Source: Candidatus Heimdallarchaeota archaeon (GTDB taxonomy: Archaea > Asgardarchaeota > Heimdallarchaeia > Heimdallarchaeales > Heimdallarchaeaceae). From it: DNA of 64,000 nt. Each line of letters begins with the position of its first letter. Within the stretch, counting starts at the first letter, position 1. The position numbers were made by a program, and so were the translations under genes. Below, one piece after another: positions 57,556 to 64,000 of this stretch. Where the stretch lies: the NCBI GenBank assembly GCA_030603365.1, contig JAUVXV010000013.1, positions 32,001 to 96,000 of the forward strand, given 5' to 3'. Below the pieces are notes generated by a model. The model ran no database searches and was not told the DNA's origin. It saw only the letters and a list, made by a program, of their open reading frames with translations.

Positions 57556-58665
57556 TTATGGTATTAACCATTTTCCTGCCTTATAGATTTCTTTTCCATC
57601 CAAATAAATTACTGAATCTTCGCTTTTCATATCCTTGAGTATGTCCCAGTGTATTGGTTATTCATTTTTTGAACCAACCTCTGCAAATCCTGAACCTAGT
57701 GCTAGGTGTACAGTTCCTCCCATTTTCTCATCGAAGAGCATATTCTTTGTAAATTTCTGAATTCCGTAATTTGTTCCAATTGCTACTTCTCCTAGAATAT
57801 CGGCGTTTTCCATTTCCAGAACTTTTTCCAATATCTCTTGTCCCTTTGATGCTGTATATTCAACTACCTTACCATCTTTGAACTTTAACCAAATATTTTC
57901 AACTTCTTTACCCATATAGATACCTGGATAGGTAAAACGGATTGTCCCATTTACTGAGTCTTCGACTGGGGATGTGAATACTTCACCATCTGGTAAATTC
58001 TTATCTCCGCAAGCATTAATCCACCCTCTTCCATCGATGCTTAAAACTAAATCAGTGTCTTCTCCGACGATACGTAACTCCTTACCTTTTCTCAACACTT
58101 CTACTATTGCTTCTTGTTCTTTCTTAACATTTAACCAATGCTCAACAGGATCTTCTTTATCTAGTGCAAGTGCCTTGTAAACAAATTCTTTGTATTCAAA
58201 AGACCCCATATTAGCTTCTTGAGCAAAAGCAGGTGAAGGATATGGACAGATTACCCAATCTAATTCTCCTGAAGCAGATCTCTCAAAATATATTTTTGTG
58301 AGTTCTTTATTTGCTTCTCTTGTCATCATTTGTTTGTCTGGACTAATATTGGTAAGTGCTTTTCTGTTAGTGGAGCTAAATACACTGATGAATTTGTCTG
58401 CTAGTTTTATCCCCTGTAAAGCAATAGGGTTTTGATATTTTAGCTGATGCTCTTGCGCATGTGTGTAAAATAACTCATCTTGACCTGGGATAACTATCCT
58501 AATGTTTAGTATGTGTCCTCCAGTTTTAATAACTTCCAAATCTATCTCGCGAATCAAGTCTGCTGCATCAATTCCACCTGAGAGTAGAACAGTGTTTCCT
58601 TTCTCGACTCTCACTGAATAGTTAACAACAAGTTTTGCTAGTTTTTCATTAAAATCATCTAACAT
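57556..58665 (-). pseudogene. M29 (AmpS/AmpT thermophilic metallo-) aminopeptidase interrupted by in-frame TAA at 57658-57660
   Basis: NLPDGEVFTSP, GEVAIG, LFDEKMGGTVHLALG. After the TAA the same frame continues PIHWDILKDM...KAGKWLIP to a stop at 57556. Confidence 0.8.
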
Positions 58666-58828
58666 ATTTTTACCTTCCTACTACATCAAAAAGCTGAACC
58701 ATTATAAGTTTTGCAGAATCAAGATATATTATTGATTTATGTCTTTCAGAAATTTTTATGTTGTTATTACATATGCAAATATACATTAATATGTTACAAA
58801 TAATAGGTACATAAGAGTGGTGAGACTT

Positions 58829-59299
58829 ATGCCCAAAATATCGAAAGCTGAACAACAATTTATACGCTCTCTCGCTAAGAAATATGTCATGAAACTTATA
58901 GTTTCTCCATTTAACGAGGGGTTGTTAATTTATTCTGATACATATGATTCATTATATATTCGATCAGCAAGATGGAAATTCTGTTTAAAATGTGGTGAGA
59001 TAGAGTCTACTGAAGAAATGTTAGATGAACACGAATTAAAGAAAATGGGTGCTTCTGACCGAAAACAAGCACAAGAAAGAGTACATCAGTGTACAATGGG
59101 TATAAATCACTTTCCAGTGCTTATAACAACTTCTTGGTACAAATTGAAAGACTTCTTTATGACAGACAAATATGTCAAAGCTCTTGAGAATGCAGGAGTT
59201 AAGGATATTCCATTTCAGAAGCCTATCTTTGAGAAGGTACCTATAAAGGTCAAAGCAGAAAAAGCTCGTGAAACAGTTATGCAAGATAGTACTGCTTAA
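58829..59299 (+). CDS. Uncharacterised CxxC...HxC protein, paralogue 3
   Basis: LYIRSARWKFCLKCG...HQC...PVLITTSWYKLKDFF. ATG at 58829 after GGTGA. Confidence 0.85.
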   Translation: MPKISKAEQQFIRSLAKKYVMKLIVSPFNEGLLIYSDTYDSLYIRSARWKFCLKCGEIESTEEMLDEHELKKMGASDRKQAQERVHQCTMGINHFPVLITTSWYKLKDFFMTDKYVKALENAGVKDIPFQKPIFEKVPIKVKAEKARETVMQDSTA

Positions 59300-59393
59300 C
59301 CACTTACTCTTTTTATATGGTGATAACATCTCGCATAATATTTATAACTTGGTTTGCTCTAGAGAATCTAGTGGATAAAAAGAGAATACCCTA

Positions 59394-59768
59394 ATGCCTG
59401 ATATTTCAAATAAAGAAAAAGAAGAAATCAGAATATTAGCTAAATGTTTTAGTGGTATTCTTTCTAAAGTTACTTTTAGGAGTGGTTCTCAGATATATTA
59501 TCTTACATTCAAAAGATTGTACAAGAGATCTGCTAGATGGAAGTATTGTCTGATTTGTGGGCTGGTAGGTTTACCAGAAGATTTCCGTAAAGAGAAACAC
59601 AGATGTCCTTCAATGGTTTTTCACAATGTTCAGGTTTTGGTTTCAACTTCTTGGTTTAAATTGAAAGACTTCTTCTTAAATTCTGAATACAAAGAAGTAT
59701 TAGAGGAAGTTGGGATAAATCAGAAAAACCACATGAAAATAGATTCAAGTAATGGTTCCAAAACCTGA
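59394..59768 (+). CDS. Uncharacterised CxxC...HxC protein, paralogue 4
   Basis: LYKRSARWKYCLICG...HRC...VLVSTSWFKLKDFF. Confidence 0.83.
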   Translation: MPDISNKEKEEIRILAKCFSGILSKVTFRSGSQIYYLTFKRLYKRSARWKYCLICGLVGLPEDFRKEKHRCPSMVFHNVQVLVSTSWFKLKDFFLNSEYKEVLEEVGINQKNHMKIDSSNGSKT

Positions 59769-59953
59769 TTCTTCTCTTAAGTCGCTAAAACAAAGCATTT
59801 TAAAATAATACAGAGAAACTAACTCAAAGTTGAGGAAGATTAGATAATAGATAAATGCAATTTTGTTCAACAGTTTAAGAAAACTACTAATGCTAAAAAT
59901 TATGAAATTGATATTATAAGACTTAGCTATGAAAAAGAAAACAACTGATAACT

Positions 59954-61231
59954 ATGAAATTTAACGATTATAACATTCAAGGTGAAATTAAAAGAGCTTT
60001 GGATGAAATGGGGATACATACCCCAACAGATATTCAAGAAAAAGCGATACCAGAAATTCTAAAGGGCGAAGATACACATATTTTGGCACAAGCTAAAACT
60101 GGAACAGGAAAAACTTTAGCTTTCGCAATACCTATAGTAGAATTTCTCGATCCAACACTAAGAAAAGTTCAAGCGGTTATTCTAGTTCCAACTAGAGAAT
60201 TATGCAAGCAAGTATACAATGTTATTTCCAAACTGGGAAAACACAGAAGACTCAAAGCTGTGGAAGTATACGGTGGAGTTTCGATAAATAGACAAATTGA
60301 AAAAATCAAATCTGGAGCACAAATCGTAGTAGCGACACCTGGAAGATTAATAGACCTATACCATCGAAATGCTATTTCATTTGGAGCAGTGCAATTTGCA
60401 GTTCTTGATGAAGCAGATAGGATGCTTGATATGGGGTTCCTGCCTGATGTAGATTTTATTTTATTTGATGCCATGAAAAATGTTTATCCAAGATTACTTC
60501 TTTTTTCAGCAACAATGCTTCCTGAAGTGAAAAATATCATGATGGACTATAGTTTGGATGACAAAATAGTAGAAATAGACGTTAGTAGAGATGATCTGAC
60601 TGTTTCTTCTTGTAAACAATATTATTATGAAATCAAAGATACCAAGCAGAAATACAATTCATTCATTAGGCTTCTACAAAGAGAAAAACCTTCATCATGT
60701 ATCGTTTTTGTGAATACTAAACGATGGGCAGATAATCTTAAGAAAAGATTGTTCAAAGATAAGAGAATCAATTTGAGGGTCGGACTTCTACAGGGAGATA
60801 TGTCTCAAAGACAGCGCGAGATAGCGATGAGCGATTTTAGGAAGAAAAAAATAACATGTCTAATTGCTACAGATGTCGCTGCAAGAGGATTAGACATTCC
60901 TCATGTTTCTCATATTTTCAATTATGATTTACCTGTAGGTAACGCAGAAAACTATGTTCATCGAATAGGTAGAACATCAAGAATGGAAAGAGCTGGAATA
61001 GCAATATCTCTAGTTGACCAAGAAGAAATGAACATGATTAGACGTATTGAAATGTTCATGAAGAAAGATATTCAAAGATTCTATTTGACTAGAGAAGAGA
61101 GAGAGCAAGATAGAAAAAAACGTCGTGGATATCCTAGAGTGACAGAATCCAAGCAACCCAAGAAAAAACCAGCAAGCTTAGACGATGAAGAGTTTCCTGA
61201 AACTTTTGCAGATACATCAATATATGGCTAA
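59954..61231 (+). CDS. DEAD-box RNA helicase (DeaD/CshA-like)
   Basis: Q motif PTDIQ, AKTGTGKT, PTREL, TPGR, DEAD, SAT, ARGLD, HRIGRTSR. Confidence 0.95.
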   Translation: MKFNDYNIQGEIKRALDEMGIHTPTDIQEKAIPEILKGEDTHILAQAKTGTGKTLAFAIPIVEFLDPTLRKVQAVILVPTRELCKQVYNVISKLGKHRRLKAVEVYGGVSINRQIEKIKSGAQIVVATPGRLIDLYHRNAISFGAVQFAVLDEADRMLDMGFLPDVDFILFDAMKNVYPRLLLFSATMLPEVKNIMMDYSLDDKIVEIDVSRDDLTVSSCKQYYYEIKDTKQKYNSFIRLLQREKPSSCIVFVNTKRWADNLKKRLFKDKRINLRVGLLQGDMSQRQREIAMSDFRKKKITCLIATDVAARGLDIPHVSHIFNYDLPVGNAENYVHRIGRTSRMERAGIAISLVDQEEMNMIRRIEMFMKKDIQRFYLTREEREQDRKKRRGYPRVTESKQPKKKPASLDDEEFPETFADTSIYG

Positions 61232-61243
61232 GATTTCTTCCAT

Positions 61244-62080
61244 TTATTGATTTGTTTTTTCTATTTTTTCTTTTTGAAACAGATTCATTACAATAATGCC
61301 TGCTATAATACATCCCATTCCACCTATTTGAATAGGTAAAATACTCTCTTTAATTGCATAGGACCCAAGAATAGATGTTAATATTATACTAACTGAAGCA
61401 AAACTAAGAACAACTATGTTTGCTGGAGCCATCGTAAAGGCAAATTGCGTATAAGCTAACGTAAGTGCTGCTAATGCAAATGTAACGAATGTAAATATCA
61501 ACACAAGTTCATCTATATCGGTTATTCTCTTAGAAACTGTTTGAAAAGCCATAAACGTTCCAGCGGATAACCCTAGGAGAGTTCCTTTAATCTTTGAGGG
61601 TTTTTGAAATGCAAGATAAGACAATACACCAATCGGTATAACAAAAGCTCCTAATATTATTAAAAAGAAAATTAGGTTAAAATCAGAATATAATAATTCA
61701 GTAGGCTCTCCGTAGAAAACAGTTATCAAAACAGTTCCTGTAATGATCAAGAGGGTACCTCCAAGTTCCCATTTTGTTAATTTTTCCTTTAGAACAAAGA
61801 AAGAGAAAACTAGTAAGCTAACCAACCCCACTCCTTCTAGAGGTGCAATAATATTTACATTAGTGTGAAAAACAGCAAGAGAAACCCAATGAAGACCTAA
61901 GAAAGAAACTGTTAGGACTGTACCAAAAATCCAGACACCAGAATGCTTGCTTTTTAGCGTTTTATCAGTTTGCAAACCTGTTATTGCATATTTTTGGACA
62001 CCCTTCCCAATGTATAATAAAATGTAAGCAATCAACCCGAGTAATATTCCAAAAAATAAATCTATATTGAAATTGCTCAT
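61244..62080 (-). CDS. DMT-superfamily membrane transporter (NIPA/EamA-like)
   Basis: About 9 TMs, GKGVQK, IIAPL, VLKEKLTKWE. Confidence 0.7.
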   Translation of the reverse strand: MSNFNIDLFFGILLGLIAYILLYIGKGVQKYAITGLQTDKTLKSKHSGVWIFGTVLTVSFLGLHWVSLAVFHTNVNIIAPLEGVGLVSLLVFSFFVLKEKLTKWELGGTLLIITGTVLITVFYGEPTELLYSDFNLIFFLIILGAFVIPIGVLSYLAFQKPSKIKGTLLGLSAGTFMAFQTVSKRITDIDELVLIFTFVTFALAALTLAYTQFAFTMAPANIVVLSFASVSIILTSILGSYAIKESILPIQIGGMGCIIAGIIVMNLFQKEKIEKTNQ

Positions 62081-62121
62081 TGAAGTTTTTGTGATTATCT
62101 TCTACATAAGTTTTTTTCAGC

Positions 62122-62328
62122 TCAAATTGTTTCTTCAGCATCTTCTAATTTTTCAAAATTGAGTCTGAAATGAGTAGAATTCAAGAACCTTTCAGGGTCC
62201 TTTTGGAAAAGAACTAGACAAGGAGAATCACAGAAGTATAATTTCTTATTCTTGTAAACAGTTGAGACTTCCTTTGTAGGGAGATCTCCACCACAACATG
62301 TTTTTAATTTTGTAGTTTGGTTATTCAT
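62122..62328 (-). CDS. YHS/TRASH metal-binding domain protein
   Basis: CCG...YKNKKLYFCDSPCLVLFQKDPERF. Confidence 0.8.
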   Translation of the reverse strand: MNNQTTKLKTCCGGDLPTKEVSTVYKNKKLYFCDSPCLVLFQKDPERFLNSTHFRLNFEKLEDAEETI

Positions 62329-62429
62329 TGAATAGTTTCACTCTTCTCTAATTATGAGTATTTTGTAATTACAAAAATAGCTTTTAATTGACAGCTAGAT
62401 TAAAAAGAGAAAACAAACATTGTATATTT

Positions 62430-62717
62430 ATGAAAGTACTAACCTTTCATTTTAGAAGTAGCAAGTCGTTTGATGAAGTAATGAAATTAGCAGAATCAAG
62501 AGAAAAACAGTACGGGGAAGTACCAGGACTATCACAGATTGTATATATGAAAGATGAAAGAATAGATCAGTATGGAAGTATTCTTTTTTTTGATACTGAA
62601 GAAGATTTGAACAATTTTCGAACTTCAAACTTAGCAAAAACCCTTAAAGAAGTCTATCATATATCAGGAACACCAGAGATAAGAATTTTTGATGTAATTA
62701 AGCAACTGAGCAGCTAA
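62430..62717 (+). CDS. YdhR/ABM-like dimeric alpha-beta barrel protein
   Basis: VPGL...Y...YGSILFFDT...F..S...PEIRIFDV pattern. ATG at 62430. Confidence 0.65.
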   Translation: MKVLTFHFRSSKSFDEVMKLAESREKQYGEVPGLSQIVYMKDERIDQYGSILFFDTEEDLNNFRTSNLAKTLKEVYHISGTPEIRIFDVIKQLSS

Positions 62718-62883
62718 GCTACAAAGTTACATATGGATAGTTAATGCATTTCATTTTTTATCATAATTATTGGTTTTAAGTAAACATTATCTGTCTACAG
62801 TGAATGAGTAGGAAATTCCAACGAAAAAACTATTAAGCTATGAATAACTAATATAAACAGTTTACATTTATCAATGTGAGTAT

Positions 62884-64000
62884 ATGAAAGGGGTATTCTA
62901 TACTGAATTAAGAGAAATCGAACAACACATTCTTAGTAGTAAGTATAAAGAATCTTTGAAAAAATTGGATGGTCTTTTGAATAGAAACGAACTACTTGAA
63001 GAAGAAATTATTCAAGCAAAAATCCTTAAAGCAAGAATATTTCTTGATATTCAGCCGTTTTCTGAAGCTTTGACTAATGCAAAACAAGCATATGAGTCAA
63101 GTGTCAAAATTGATGATATCTTTCTAATTTTCGATTCAGCTCTTGTTTATAGTAAAACCTTAGGTTACTTAGGATCAAATAGTTTAGCTAGAGAAAAAAC
63201 AAATCACGCAATAGAAGTTTTAGAAAAGTACCAAGATAAAGAATCACTTGGATATCTCAAAAGAAAAGCCAACATCCTCACAACTAGGTTTAGCAGCACA
63301 TCAGAAGAATATTTGGATAATTTAAATCATGCTATTGACATATCTGATCAAGTAGAAGATGATTTTCAAAAAGCTTGGTATCTATTTTCCAAAGCTGATG
63401 TTTTTCTGAATCAAGGAAATTACACACGAAGTGAACATTGTTATGAACAAAGTTTGAGTATTTTTACAAACTTAGGCTATAAGATGGGGATCATAGCCTG
63501 TTCTACTAATATTGCAGCGGGTTTTCTTCAAAGAGGAGAACTTGACGAATATCTTAGATACTCATTAAAAGGATTATCATATGCAGAAGAGATTGATTCT
63601 TCTTATGCTTTAGGAGGTATATACGCTGATTTAGGTTTTTACTATTGGCAAAAAGGGGAATTGGAAACCTCATTACAATATTATGATAAATCAATTGTGC
63701 AAATAACAAAAGGAAAACACTTTGGAAATATACACTACATTGCAGTTAATTTCAGAATGAATTTAGTTTTTCTTGAACAAGGTAAATACGAAAAAATAAA
63801 CCAGAACCTAGAAAAAATGGAAATTGTTGCATCATTAAACAGTATCCAGGATAGAAGTGGTAAATATCCCTTTATGCTTATTTACATGCTTGCTAAAACT
63901 ATTTATCTCAAAGCTACTTCTTTTGATGATAATCAAGATGAAATTGAAAGAATGCTGAAGGAGATTGTTAAAGAGAAGTTGATTTATATTGAAATGAACC
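62884..64000 (+). CDS. Tetratricopeptide-repeat protein, 3'-truncated by window edge (absent from the ORF track)
   Basis: Open frame from ATG 62884 to the window end, with TPR-like units such as ADVFLNQGNYTRSEHCYEQSL and DLGFYYWQKGELETSLQYYDKS. Confidence 0.8.
   Translation, partial: MKGVFYTELREIEQHILSSKYKESLKKLDGLLNRNELLEEEIIQAKILKARIFLDIQPFSEALTNAKQAYESSVKIDDIFLIFDSALVYSKTLGYLGSNSLAREKTNHAIEVLEKYQDKESLGYLKRKANILTTRFSSTSEEYLDNLNHAIDISDQVEDDFQKAWYLFSKADVFLNQGNYTRSEHCYEQSLSIFTNLGYKMGIIACSTNIAAGFLQRGELDEYLRYSLKGLSYAEEIDSSYALGGIYADLGFYYWQKGELETSLQYYDKSIVQITKGKHFGNIHYIAVNFRMNLVFLEQGKYEKINQNLEKMEIVASLNSIQDRSGKYPFMLIYMLAKTIYLKATSFDDNQDEIERMLKEIVKEKLIYIEMN

Noticed and set aside
57658-57660. Selenocysteine/pyrrolysine or alternative genetic code at the aminopeptidase stop
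   Set aside because: The codon is TAA, which serves as a normal stop throughout the window.
54000-59800. Provirus or integrated plasmid
   Set aside because: No integrase, replication, capsid or packaging gene, no att repeats or tRNA target, and an aminopeptidase gene lies inside the region.

Overview
AT-rich, gene-dense archaeal chromosome segment. The gene content points to an Asgard archaeon, probably Heimdallarchaeia-like (inference): two Rab-like small GTPases, a divergent EF-2, a TPR protein and many secreted proteins with C-terminal TM plus basic tails. In order, the window holds a MoxR/DUF58 surface-protein operon (1-11.5 kb), an EF-2 with an HTG diphthamide loop, an amidohydrolase-pyrimidine reductase-cofG-cofH cluster, a DUF1998 helicase, a GT-C glycosyltransferase, a pilin, an M20 peptidase, two near-identical inverted and circularly permuted family-5 solute-binding protein genes, an internally deleted CLC, mptE with a PTPS-III-type gene, an Lct-like FAD oxidoreductase/EtfBA operon and a DEAD-box helicase. 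The most novel region is 54.0-59.8 kb. It contains four paralogues of a CxxC...HxC protein I do not recognise, six 19-bp TGT-N13-ACA palindromes (four directly downstream of TATA boxes), three paralogous coiled-coil microproteins, three paralogous single-TM microproteins missed by the ORF track, and a ~167-nt multi-stem candidate RNA. No rRNA, tRNA, CRISPR array, integrase or transposase was seen. All family calls come from motif recognition by eye; no database searches were run.
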